From Octopus bimaculoides (taxonomy: Eukaryota): 62,164 nt of DNA. The DNA lies in the NCBI RefSeq assembly GCF_001194135.2, contig NC_068997.1, positions 51,583,462-51,645,625 on the forward strand. The letters run 5' to 3'. The position numbers and the translations under genes are program-made. Positions within the stretch are counted from its first letter, which is position 1. Each line of letters begins with the position of its first letter. The notes under the pieces were generated by a model. The model saw only the letters and a list, made by a program, of their open reading frames with translations. It did no database searches and was not told the origin of the DNA. Below are positions 11,890-23,745 of this stretch, piece after piece.

Positions 11890-12283
11890 ATGACATGCAT
11901 TACTGACACTGCATCGCTTACGACGACGAGGGTTCCAGTTGATCCGATCAACGGAACAGCCTACTCGTGAAATTAACGTGCAAGTGGTTGAACACTCCAC
12001 AGACACGTGTACCCTTAACGTAGTTCTCGGGGAGATTCAGCGTGACACAGAGTGTGACAAGGCTGTCCCTTTGAAATACAGGTACAACAGAAACAGGAAG
12101 TAAGAGTGAGAAAAAGTTGTGGTGGAAGTGTACAGCAGGGTTTGCCACCATCCTTTGCCGGAGCTTCGTGGAGCTTTTAGGTGTTTTCGCTCAATAAACA
12201 CTCACAACGCCCAGTCTGGGAATTGAAACCGCCATCCTATGACCGCGAGTTCGATGCCCTAACCACTGGGCCATTGCGACTCC
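11890..12283 (-). mobile_element. SINE group D-related (different head, tail type 2)
   Basis: Head (minus) GGAGTCGCAATGGCCCAGTGGTTAGGG...GGTTTCAATTCCCAG; tail shared with 9215-9359 and 19625-19800. Confidence 0.85.
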
Positions 12284-12671
12284 ATAATACGAACACAGAC
12301 ACACGAACACACTTCCTTGCACTATACATCTTCCTCACACTACCAAAGTGATAAACTAGCTTCATCCACAAAGGTTTGTCACTGTGACAGATTGAGGGCA
12401 GTTCTCAGTAAACACCACATAATTGGTTGAACATCTCCTGTTCCAGGTCGTCAGGCCACAGACGAAGCTGTCTTTGACTCCGACGTTATTACTAAGTTTG
12501 AATGTTCGCTCCAGACGCTCGAAATGCTAGTGGCAACTATCATGATGCTATCATAATTTTCGTGTGAGCACAGAATTTACCAGCCATGTCTCGAGGCCGT
12601 ACAGAGCCACTCAAGAGAAAACGCGCACATTCATGTACCACACGCAGCCACTCCTTACACGCACACACACA

Positions 12672-12715
12672 CACGGACGCCCGCACGTATACACACGGAC
12701 GCCCGCACGTAAACA
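12672..12715. repeat. 22-bp tandem duplication
   Basis: ACACACGGACGCCCGCACGTA twice in tandem. Confidence 0.85.
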
Positions 12716-12917
12716 CACGCGGTTGTAGATCTCCCTCATTCACTCTCTCTCTTTCTCTCTGTGCCTCTGTCATATTTATTTGATTATAATAGTTGTGATC
12801 CGGCAGAACCACAACCGCATAGTTGAAATACGTAAAAGATATACACACATATATGCATGGATACACACATACATATTGTGTGTTTATACTGAGTACAGTA
12901 AACAATATATGTGTATG

Positions 12918-12959
<42 letters not shown>

Positions 12960-13015
12960 TGTATATACGCATATATATATATATATACACACATACATTC
13001 GTATACACACACACT

Positions 13016-13072
<57 letters not shown>

Positions 13073-13543
13073 ATACACACAAACACACAAACGCACACAC
13101 ACACATATATATAAAGGTGGCTAGTCGTAGTCAATGAGGAGTGAGGGAGGTGAGAGAGAAAGAGAGGTGCACAAAATTCTCGCATAAAATTCTCATCATA
13201 ACATGAAGCACATTGTGTGTGTGTATTTGTGTATGTGTGCTTCTATCGCATTTGTGTGTCTGAGAAACTACACATATTGCCAGTTATCTAATACGAGCAC
13301 AAAACATATAAAGTTTTATACCAGCTATTGTAACGCGGATAATTCTACAAGTTATTTACAATCGGGTGTTAACATCTTGTACCAGAAAATAAATACGCTA
13401 TATAATAAAATAAATCTAAATTGAATGGAATGCCAGCGAAGAATAATTAACATTTACAAGTCTGAATATTGAGTAAAAGTTATCGTAAAGGCATTTCAAC
13501 AAACGCAGGCGATATATTCGCATAAAGCTTGAAACATATATTT

Positions 13544-13587
13544 CATGTAAGTCAGGCTCATACGACATGTAAGTCAGGCTCATACGA
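13544..13587. repeat. Perfect 22-bp tandem duplication
   Basis: CATGTAAGTCAGGCTCATACGA twice in tandem. Confidence 0.95.
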
Positions 13588-13753
13588 AACAACATATTAA
13601 TCTTGAAATAACGGAAATAATTTTCGATCGAAATTTCCAAGAAACGTTCTTGCTAAGCAAACAGGTTGATCTATCAAGCTATCAACAATTATGTAACTAG
13701 TGTGAAATTTTATTTCTAAAGCTAGAATCCATAAAGAATATATAGCGTTGACT

Positions 13754-13792
<39 letters not shown>

Positions 13793-13961
13793 CATAAAAA
13801 TATATTCCATTCAGAAATATCTCTTGAAAACCCATTATTACTTCATAATGCGTAAGAGGTTATGCATATATACATACATATATATACGCAATATATACAG
13901 CATGTGTGTGTGTATATGCGTATGCGTGTATACACATACATGCTTTCATAATTTATCAATT

Positions 13962-13995
<34 letters not shown>

Positions 13996-14061
13996 CGTTT
14001 GTTTAAAAACATTTTTATGTTTATATTCCCATTATTTTGACATATATGTATGATATATATA

Positions 14062-14099
<38 letters not shown>

Positions 14100-14278
14100 N
14101 NNNNNNNNNNNNNNNNNNNNNNNNNNNNNNNNNNNNNNNNNNNNNNNNNNNNNNNNNNNNNNNNNNNNNNNNNNNNNNNNGTGTGTGTGTGTGTGTGTGT
14201 GTGTGCATATGTATATGTGTATAAACATATATATGTCTGTGTGTGTGTGCATATATATGTATATAAATATATATAATG

Positions 14279-14326
<48 letters not shown>

Positions 14327-14888
14327 CTCACATGCATGCACACGCACCTAATTTTACTTTGTGAACAAATCGCTCGGGGATAAAAAATTTTTCTGTTGCT
14401 CTTCTTTGTTGCTCCACCTTCCTTTCACACAAATACATGCAACTACTCAATCAACATTAACCTCGAAATGTATAATATGCTACATAACAAATCCTATTGA
14501 TATAAACATCCACGCAAAGTCACTCTTAAATATTTATAGCTCTTTGTATATATACTTCGGTAAATTCACAAAATACAGAGAGGATATTTCTACGCAAACA
14601 TATACATCACTATTGACATGTACATCTACGTTTATATCGATTATTCTACATATAACTATAATATAATTAGCTATCAAACTGAACATATAGAGAGAATATA
14701 GTAGTATATTTTGACTTACATAATACACAGATATCAGATTTTCAGTGTAAAAAATATATTTGTAATGTAAAAGTGTACGCGAACATATAAACATGAAATT
14801 ATCTAATTTATGCATGTGTGTGCATGTGTGTTTAATAAAAGCTCGCCTTTAAACTTTTGGGCCCCTATGAATTTGTAATATATATGTG

Positions 14889-14933
<45 letters not shown>

Positions 14934-15194
14934 GTCTTTCTCGCTCTCTCTTTTGTCTAATGTATATATATATATATATATATATAGTTTAAATTTATAG
15001 AATAATAGAAGAAAAAGTAGATCTATGAACAACAGGTAAAGGTTTGATGCACTGATGCGCGGGAAAAAGGAAAAGTATGTATGTATGTATGTAGTAAATC
15101 CAAAAAGAGAAAAGAACAAACAAAAGAACACAATAATACGAGGACTTGGTACATGTAAAGTATTATTAGACGCTCAAGGAAGGAAAGAAAGATG

Positions 15195-15229
15195 GTTTAA
15201 CGTTTCGAGCAACGCTCTTCTTCAGAAAC
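15195..15229 (-). ncRNA. Minimal type I hammerhead ribozyme, intact core
   Basis: Minus strand GUUU-CUGAAGA-A-GAGC(GUU)GCUC-GAAA-CG-UU-AAAC: CUGANGA, 4-bp stem II, GAAA, palindromic ACGU stem III, GUU cleavage triplet, 4-bp stem I. Confidence 0.8.
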
Positions 15230-15309
15230 AGAGGAAAGTCCAATAGAAAGGAAGACGCAGGAAGAAAATCTCCAACGATTCACATGTGGTTACATTTTGA
15301 AAATGTATG

Positions 15310-15354
<45 letters not shown>

Positions 15355-15443
15355 GAGAATATACAAAAAATAACAACAGACGAGGACAGGTGGTGTAAAT
15401 AACAAAAGTATATATTAGTATGACGCTCGGGAATACGGAAAGT

Positions 15444-15478
15444 CTTTGACGTTTCGAGCTACGCTCTTCAACAGAAAG
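15444..15478 (-). ncRNA. Minimal type I hammerhead motif with one core substitution (A6U)
   Basis: Minus strand CUUU-CUGUUGA-A-GAGC(GUA)GCUC-GAAA-CG-UC-AAAG; GUC triplet. Confidence 0.7.
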
Positions 15479-15549
15479 AATACGGAGACAAGGAGAAAAA
15501 CACGGAGAAAAAAAATTGAATAGTGTTCAGTCAACGGTCAATCATAATA

Positions 15550-15609
15550 ATGTATCGCTACACACTATTATATATATATATATATATATAATAGTGTGTA
15601 GCGATACAT
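15550..15609. repeat. Perfect 60-bp palindrome centred on (TA)n
   Basis: ATGTATCGCTACACACTATTA-(TA)n-ATAGTGTGTAGCGATACAT. Confidence 0.95.
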
Positions 15610-16399
15610 ATTTACTAAATTACTTAATTATGTTTCCATTTAAGGACTTTCATTCGCTCTCATAAAATGTGTGATTAAAATACTTTGCTTAAAATGGTAA
15701 GCAGTGAAATGCATCTGCGAACCATGTAATTACGATGCAAAGTGATTGGCCCATCAGTAATCTGTAAAAAAAATTGGTCTCGCACAGTAAGCATCCCAGG
15801 AAGGACACACATGTTAATGTGTATCGAACCGTTACTCTGCCCTTCGCTGGAGGTTTAGAATCGTCGGTTCCCTACTGTTACCACCTGCAATTCGCCTTAA
15901 GCATTTCTCTCAATCCTTCTTTCTCACCGTATTGAACATCCATTGGTCTTACTTTATTACCAGCATTGAATTGCACGAATAAGCTGAAGTTAAATGCATC
16001 AAAGCCGTACAGCGGAAGTAGTAAATTGGTAAAAATGGTGTATAAGCATTCTTTCTTTCATAAATATCAACTACTTCTCAAATTTACATTGAAATACAAG
16101 TAAATTATTGCTGATCGATGTTAATTAAATATAATTTTGAAATATCATTAGTAAACGTTTGTCCAACGTTTATAAGTGTATCGTATTCGGGAGCATAGTA
16201 GACCCTCTTTGTTTTTAAATGTATCTCAAAGTATCAACCAAGCTCTTATATGCGACGTTGGGCTATATATCATATATACCACATATTTCACGTATATCAT
16301 GCTTTAATGCACTAAAAACATTTTACCTGTGTATGTGCTACTGAAATTGGTGGTGCTTCTGGTACGCTCGTGCATCTTCTATGCTATGAAATACGGTAC

Positions 16400-16545
16400 T
16401 CATAAACTATTGCTCTTCAGATCAGGTGTGCGGCTGTTTGCCGTTGCAGCGCGTCGCTGCATCCACGAGTTGTCGATATCAGCTTGGGGCGTCCCGGATA
16501 AACCTTCCGAGCAGTGTCCCAGACAGCTGTTATCTCTGTGAAATA
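16400..16545 (-). mobile_element. Possible Tc1 transposase C-terminal relic
   Basis: Minus-strand EITAVWD and PQADIDNSWMQRRAA (two frames) resemble the Tc1 W..ipq..i.nL..SM.RR tail; weak. Confidence 0.3.
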
Positions 16546-16599
16546 CTCCCTTATCCATCGTGACCATATGGCATGTGGCGAATCAACACAAACTATAAC

Positions 16600-16767
16600 C
16601 CTGGGGGAGGGGATTAAAGTCGATCACATCGACTCCGGTGCAGATGACCCCGAAGGGATGAAAGGCAAAGTCGGCCCCGGCGGAATTTGAACTCAGAACG
16701 TAGCGGCAGACGAAATACCGCTAAGCATTTCGCCCGGTGTGCTAACGTTTCTGCCAGCTCACCGCTT
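16600..16767 (-). mobile_element. SINE group C
   Basis: GAAGGGATGAAAGGCAAAGTCGGCCCCGGCGGAATTTGAACTCAGAACGTAGCGGCAGACGAAATACCGCTAAGCATTTCGCCCGG. Confidence 0.9.
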
Positions 16768-16776
16768 ATTAATTAT

Positions 16777-16982
16777 CCTTTCTACTATAGGTACAAGGCC
16801 TGAAGTTTTGGGTAAGAGGGAGGCAGTCGATTAGATCGACCCCACTACATAACTGGTACTTAAGTTATCGACACCGAAAGGATGAAAAGCAAAAGCGACC
16901 TCGGCGGAATTTGAACTCAGAACGTAGCGGCAGACAAAATACCGCTAAGCATTTCGCCCGGCGTGCTAACGATTCTCCGCCT
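16777..16982 (-). mobile_element. SINE group C, head-to-tail with the previous copy
   Basis: Same diagnostic motif with a complete tail CCTTTTCTACTATAGGTACAAGGCC. Confidence 0.9.
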
Positions 16983-17519
16983 ATTAATGATGATAGTAAT
17001 GATATCGTTTCAAAATTTCATTCAAAAAAAATTAACGGCTTCTATGAGTAATCAAGCCAGAAATATTTTAATTATTTTTCAGCGCACAGTGTTGAATATT
17101 CTGCATCCTTTTGCAACGTTTATACATCACCTTATCACATGTATTAGAAATGTATTTGATGATTTTGCCGAAATTACCAGTCGGTGGTTGGAAAATGAGA
17201 CGTTATTGAAATGTAATACCATCCCAACACACAATATCCTGTTTTCCGTTCTCATATATATTTCTGACTTTTACGTAGACACATTAAGATATATTTCCAT
17301 TTTAAAACAATATTCATCTTAAATAGAATAAATAATGCAAGAAATCATTAATCCTAAATAAACAAATGCTTACGAAGATAAGCTCTAAGTTCCGCCCATA
17401 TAGGTACGTATGTATTATTTGTAGACACGTTACGTAAACAGATTGAAGAACAGAGGCACAACGCATATACATACAAACATATATACAAGCACACACACAC
17501 GTACATATACACATACCTA

Positions 17520-17550
<31 letters not shown>

Positions 17551-17581
17551 AATATCTCTCATGTATGTATATATATATATA

Positions 17582-17975
17582 CGACAGGAAGTCAAAAATT
17601 ATCCGCACTTTTCGCCGTAACATATCTTTATTATTGACACACTGCCTTTTGTGCGTGTGTGCTTGTAATTGGTACTATTGTGGTCACGTGATTGAAGTTT
17701 GAGCCTGAATGCGCCATTTTTCGTTCTGACTTTACAGTGTTTAGCATGGTCGCTCCACTAGCAATGTGCATCAAAGAAGAGCAAAGCTTCAAGTGATTCT
17801 AATGGTGAACCGGTTCACCATTACCATCTCTCGAGCTTGTTGTATCTTCTCGTCAGTGGTGGAGGCTGACGGGCGTCCAATTCCCTCTTCGTGCATTACG
17901 CTTGTCCGAATCACATAATAAACATGGTTTTCACTTCGTAGTGAAAATACTCACCATGATCACGGCATAGGCTCC
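17582..17975 (+). mobile_element. Mariner transposon 5' relic with an internal inversion
   Basis: TA|CGACAGGAAGTCAAAAATTATCCGCACT terminus; MVAPLAMCIKEEQ from ATG 17746 (+). The continuation RTSVMHEEGIGRPSASTTDEKIQQAREMV (mariner GRTSV.DE.RSGRP motif) is on the minus strand, about 17812-17910. Confidence 0.8.
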
Positions 17976-18106
17976 TCATCAGTGAGAGAGAAATATCAAG
18001 TTCAATAATTGATTATTATATTTGGCTTCCTTTAAAGCCATCATTAGGATTCGCTTACTTTCGCCTGGTAGAGAGAAGTCAATGAGAACATAGATAGATA
18101 GAGATA

Positions 18107-18170
<64 letters not shown>

Positions 18171-18719
18171 GAATGAGAGAGAAAGAAAGAGTGAGAGAGA
18201 CATAGAGCGAGAAAAAGAGAGAACGAGTGAGAGTAACTTGAGCAAAGTAGTCTCAAACATCTTTATATAGAAGTCTTGTGTCGGTTGAGCATATTAATTA
18301 ACAGAAAGATTGGCAAAATAAATATTAGAACAAAATTCATATACGTAGCTGCTTTCATTTGCTAAATAAATATATTTTAGCCTTACTGTGAAAATAGACC
18401 CCATATTTAGACCGCGAGACTTATCTATATGTACTCGTTGCGTAGAATTTAATATGTAAGGTGTATGTGAGTGCATGACGTTTGTTGATTGTACTAGCCA
18501 ACAGGATACGGCATGCGGCGGTACCACCGTCGTTGATGTTTACACTCTATATCTGTTTCTTGGTATTTGATGTCGCTGAGTTAGGTCTATCTCTGGCGGA
18601 TGTTGCTTCATCAAGAATCTCACAACTGCCCAATTCTTGATTGGGCATATTGAATAAGTTGAAATGTTACGTTACGTAGATTGTCATGAATACCATAAAG
18701 ATATTCATCTTTTAATTTG

Positions 18720-18965
18720 TTTTATCTTTTACTTGATTCAATCATTTGTAAACACACCAACACCGGTTGTCAATAGGTGGTGGGGGCAAGCACAGGCACA
18801 AACACACAAGTACACACACACACACAAGTACACACACACACACACACGGTTTGGTCGGTCCAAGGATATAGTAGAAGACACTTGCCCAGCATGTCATGTA
18901 GGGAGTTTGAACACGGGACCATGTTGCTGGGAAGCCAACTGCTTACCACACGACCATGCCTGCAT
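18720..18965 (-). mobile_element. SINE group A
   Basis: GTAAACACACCAACACCGGTTGTCAA...GTAGAAGACACTTGCCCAG...CTTACCACACGACCATGCCTGC. Confidence 0.85.
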
Positions 18966-19169
18966 CTATATCTTTTATAGATACTTTCGAAAATATTCCA
19001 GCATCTTGTCCTAAAATCCTTCAGTGTCACCAAGTCTGAGGAGTTGCCTCAGTTTTTTGCACCAAGATGGATGCAATTTATTTTCTAGAAATAAATTTTT
19101 GTGCAACATTTGTTTCCTTCGTTTCTGACAGTAGATCCCTTAATCAGAATCAGCGAATATTTTCTCATT

Positions 19170-19405
19170 TATCTTTTACTTGTTTCAGACATTGGTCTAC
19201 CGCCATGCTGGAGCACCACCTTGCAAAGATTTAGCCGAACAAATCAGTCTTTTTAATTACCTTTTTTAAAGTTTGGTGCAAAAGAGAACGATAGAATAAA
19301 TACTAAGCTTACAAAGAATAAGTCCTGAGGTCGATTTGTTCGACTAAAGGCGGTGTTCCAGCATGGCCGCAGTCCAATGACTGAAACGAGTAAAATAATA
19401 AAAGA
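19170..19405. mobile_element. Two SINE group A tails in inverted orientation
   Basis: CTTTTACTTGTTTCAG..CCATGCTGGAGCACC (minus) facing GGCGGTGTTCCAGCATGGCCGCAGTCCAATGACTGAAACGAGTAAAA (plus). Confidence 0.8.
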
Positions 19406-19624
19406 ATTAAATAATGCATTTTCCTGTAACTCACAATCACAAACCGTTCAATAAGAACACTGATAAGTTTAGTTATGCCTCCTTAAGTAACATCACATAT
19501 TAAATGCACCGTCACAGCCTACGTCGCACAAACACAAACTCACAATCGTTGCCTCTAAAATGTAGCTGAAAAAAATTCATCACATGAAAATAATTATGTA
19601 AGGACCTACAATTGTTGTTGGCCC

Positions 19625-19885
19625 TCCGTCGCTTACGACGTCCAGGGTTCCAGTTGATCCGATCAACGTAACAGCCTGCTCGTGAAATTAACTTGCAAGT
19701 GGCTGAGCACTCTACAGACACGTGTACCCTTAACGTAGTTCTCGGGGACATTCAGTGTGACACAGTGTGACAAGGCTGTCCCTTTGAATTACTAGCACAA
19801 CAGATACAGGACGTAAGAGTGAGAGAAAGTCTCGTGGAGCTTTAGGTGTTTTCGCTCAATAAACACTCACAACGCCCAGTCTGGC
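19625..19885 (-). mobile_element. SINE group D-related fragment with an internal deletion
   Basis: Highly similar to 11913-12215. Confidence 0.85.
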
Positions 19886-22115
19886 AATCGAAGGACCTAC
19901 AATAGTCCCTCAAAAAATACGCAGGGATAAAAATGAGCCCCACTTCTTATATCAAAATTTATTTGGAAATTAAAGAGAGCAAGGTTACCACCAACATGCC
20001 AACAAGAGGGATTATAGTCAAGGTTTCAAATACATGAAAAATAAGCAGTCTTTGCTTGAGGGTGATATACAACATCGTGGGTCAATATTCCGCTGTATTA
20101 AATAAGAAGCCCGAAATTTTGTTCTCAAGCAATCAGAGAGAGAGGAAAAAAAGAAAAAAAGAAACGCCGAAATCTGCCAACACCAACCGAAAATTCTTTA
20201 AAACTCAAATTGAAATACTCTTTCCTGAATGAGCAAAATCTATATTCTTGAAATCGATCAGCTTTGGAATAGAAAATCAATAATTGAAGCTCATGAGGGC
20301 GCAACACTAATAGCATTGACAGGAATAGATACTACGTACATGTGGTGAAAATATTTCCACGTGCATTACATTAACAAAGGGTTTAATGAAATAGAATGAA
20401 TCTAAAATGGATAGCGGTACTATATATATATATATATATATATATNNNNNNNNNNNNNNNNNNNNNNNNNNNNNNNNNNNNNNNNNNNNNNNNNNNNNNN
20501 NNNNNNNNNNNNNNNNNNNNNNNNNNNNNNNNNNNNNNNNNNNNNNNNNNNNNNNNNNNNNNNNNNNNNNNNNNNNNNNNNNNNNNNNNNNNNNNNNNNN
20601 NNNNNNNNNNNNNNNNNNNNNNNNNNNNNNNNNNNNNNNNNNNNNNNNNNNNNNNNNNNNNNNNNNNNNNNNNNNNNNNNNNNNNNNNNNNNNNNNNNNN
20701 NNNNNNNNNNNNNNNNNNNNNNNNNNNNNNNNNNNNNNNNNNNNNNNNNNNNNNNNNNNNNNNNNNNNNNNNNNNNNNNATATATATATATATATACTGA
20801 GAATTAGAAGATTAAATATATGTGTGAATGCTTGTTTGTATATATGTGTATGTACGTGTGTGTGTGTGAACCTGTTTTAAGAATTTCCGTCCAAAATATG
20901 AATTCACAAATTAATAATGAAAATTTCAATATTGCTCCCATTATTTGTACAGTTCCAACTTCCCAGCTGGTCTTTTAATCTAAAATAAACTATACACCTA
21001 TATTCATTATTAAATCGACCTGAATTCCTTTAATTTCTTTCGCAGACCATTTTATGGGGGTGGAAAAAGAGAAAAAAAATGAAACTATATCAGCTCCCAT
21101 CACTACCCCATTTTGCTTAAGTACACTGATTATTTTAAATATGTAACACGTTCCTCAGGAATGAATTAAGGAAGTTTAAATGTAGGCCTAGAAACGCATC
21201 GTCTTTGTCTGTATAAGCATGAGCCCTGGCAGCCACTCTACATTGTCGGCATGACTATCATCGTCGTAGCGGTTATCGTATTAGCGGTCAGTGGTGAAGC
21301 CGTTGCCGTCGTCATCATCATCGTAATCCTCACAATCATAATCAACAACAACTGCAACAACAACATTTCTACCACTACAACCATGACGACCTTCTTTGCT
21401 GTCTTTTATTCCATAATGTTGCTTCTCTCAAATCACGCTGCTAGAAATCACCATCTCATCCCATTCATATTTTAGATCGATACCTATGAATGTTTGTCAA
21501 ATGCCGTTATTGATTACATTGATCTATTAAATATTAAGACACAAGCTATTCCATGGGTGATGGTTTCGCGATGGCATGAAGTCACAGACTATGACCGTCA
21601 AAACAAATGAATCTGTTAGTATTCTACCTATGGTTATATGGGATTCAGTAATCGCATTATTTTGTCCGAGTTAATGGTTGTCTATGTTTGATGCAATAGA
21701 AATTCAATGCTGCAATTCCAGCAGGAACCAATTCTTCGACCTTTCTGAGATGGGAATGCTGTTGCGTTGATCCGTTATATATCCAAGCTTATTGTATTAA
21801 CCGTAGAAGGGAGGCGGGGCAGCATATAAGATGGTGTTGCAATCAAGATATACGTCGGTGGTTGCTGGATAACTTCGACTGTGTCAGTCTTTTAACATGG
21901 AGACAGTCTTTTAAAAGTGGAGAGTAAATATGCTAATGTGCACCGTTTTCTTCCCGATACGCATTCTTGTTTCTATTGATCATGCGTTTGTGTTGTGGGT
22001 TGTAATGCAGCAGTAACCGAGTTTAGTCATGACATGGCTTGAGTGTGTACCGCCAGAGAGAGCCCTCGAGTTTTAACCCTACTTCCGTGCCCTAATCAGC
22101 TTAAACAGGCTTATA

Positions 22116-22242
22116 CAGGGTGTCCACAAAGTCTGGGTACATGAGAATTAACACATACTTTAAGAAATTATTATTTCTTATATTTAATTGTTTATGTTAT
22201 AGTTTTGTTTACTCCATGTAGCCAGACTTTGTGGACACCCTG
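22116..22242. mobile_element. 127-bp Tc1/mariner-type MITE
   Basis: 28-bp TIRs CAGGGTGTCCACAAAGTCTGG(G/C)TACATG with one mismatch; TA on both sides (22114-15, 22243-44); AT-rich interior. Confidence 0.92.
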
Positions 22243-23308
22243 TACATCAAGTCCCAAAGCACTACCCCATAAAAGAATTGTTTGGGCTGGACCACCCTAA
22301 CTTATTCCTTCCCTTTGTTATACTTTAAAGGTTGGTAGCCTGGAATCGCACCCTTTAAATTCCCAATAGGGAAGTGTTTCCATTGTCAACCCTAACTGCT
22401 CCATTGTTGACAAATTTATAATTATCAACGTAAATAAGCAGCTTAAATTAGCAACTTCCAATAAAGCAAGGTTTATGACATGGAACCACATTCCTAATGG
22501 AATGGAAATTGCCGTTTTACACTTGCCTTTTGCACAGTTCTCATTACCTCATGACCAATTTCTTCCCAGTTGTTGCTAAGTGATTCCATTCATAGTAAGA
22601 ACTACAAAAGGAATACTTGACTGTGTCCAAGATTGTGTGAACCATTCCTGGTATTCTTCCTGCTTCAGCTCTTCCTCTCATTGATGTTGATACTATTGTT
22701 GTGGTCGCCATTTAGCTCCATATTAGTGTTGAATCAGCAGTTGTATGAAAAAAAGATGCTCCAGCCGTGACCGTCATGCAGGTTCTTTAGAAAAGAGTGT
22801 ACGAGTGTATTTATGATTATTCTATCTAAAATACCCTTCCTTCACAAAAGGAGTGGATTGAAGATTTTGTTGCAATTTCCACTTCGTTTAGCAATCACAT
22901 AGCTTGGACTAATAACTCGGTCTCTATCGATATTAGAAAGGTTCTCACTTTCAATGGCCAGTCGCATACAATTGAAAATTGATGGCTATGTCTTGTCGAA
23001 ACGCATCAAATCGTTGTGGTATAAAGTCGCCCATTTGGGCATTATGGAATGCAATGTATCGGACAAGTTATTTTATGTTACCGTTGTAAATACATATTTA
23101 TTTTAGGCGTTTAAATAAATATAAAGTATGCTATAAATTGTAAGATATCACAATCGCCATCTAAAGCATCGCGTGAAAAATAAATAACATTAAACTGGCT
23201 GCGTATTTAGTGTTTGGGAATTGGGTAATTTAAGATACAAAGTGTTGGTTTAATAGGTTTATTTTTAAATATGAAATACTTAAATCAATAAGATCTGTCC
23301 TTATATAC

Positions 23309-23423
23309 GTAGATATGGTTTTTCGCTTACCAATATGTGGTAGATATGGTTTCCATTTACCAATATATGTAGATATGGCTTTTAGTTGTCAATATGTGTG
23401 GATACGGTTTTTAGTTGCCAATA
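23309..23423. repeat. Minisatellite, four units of about 29-31 bp
   Basis: GTAGATATGGTTT..(A/C)G/TT(A/G)CCAATAT repeated with divergence. Confidence 0.85.
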
Positions 23424-23697
23424 AAATAATGCCAGAACATAAAATTATTTAACAAATGTGCAAAGTTGAGTGTATTAGATTTACAACTACATAATATGTG
23501 ACAAGTAATTTGATATCATTTCTACAGCCGTTAAACAGTGGACAAATTGTAAGGTGACATTTGACCCGAGTTCAGTGTTTAGCTGTGATAAACTACAAGA
23601 ATAACCGTCTCCCACCTCTGAGAACTGAGCAGGTCCTTGGAGATTTTTGCGACATATACATTTTATTGTGTCGTCAAATTTCTCGCCAAATGCTATG

Positions 23698-23745
<48 letters not shown>

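Larger units (their letters stand above)
15050..15545 (-). mobile_element. Two tandem, diverged Penelope-like pseudo-LTR (pLTR) units separated by (TA)n
   Basis: Both units share ACGAGGAC...GTAAA...TTAG..GACGCTC..GGAAAG..ACGTTTCGAGC.ACGCTCTTC..CAGAAA and each carries a minimal hammerhead motif. Confidence 0.65.

Noticed and set aside
12455-12540. Possible hammerhead (CCAC-AGACGA...GCTC-GAAATGCTAGTGG)
   Set aside because: Core mutated, stem II long and poorly paired; could arise by chance.
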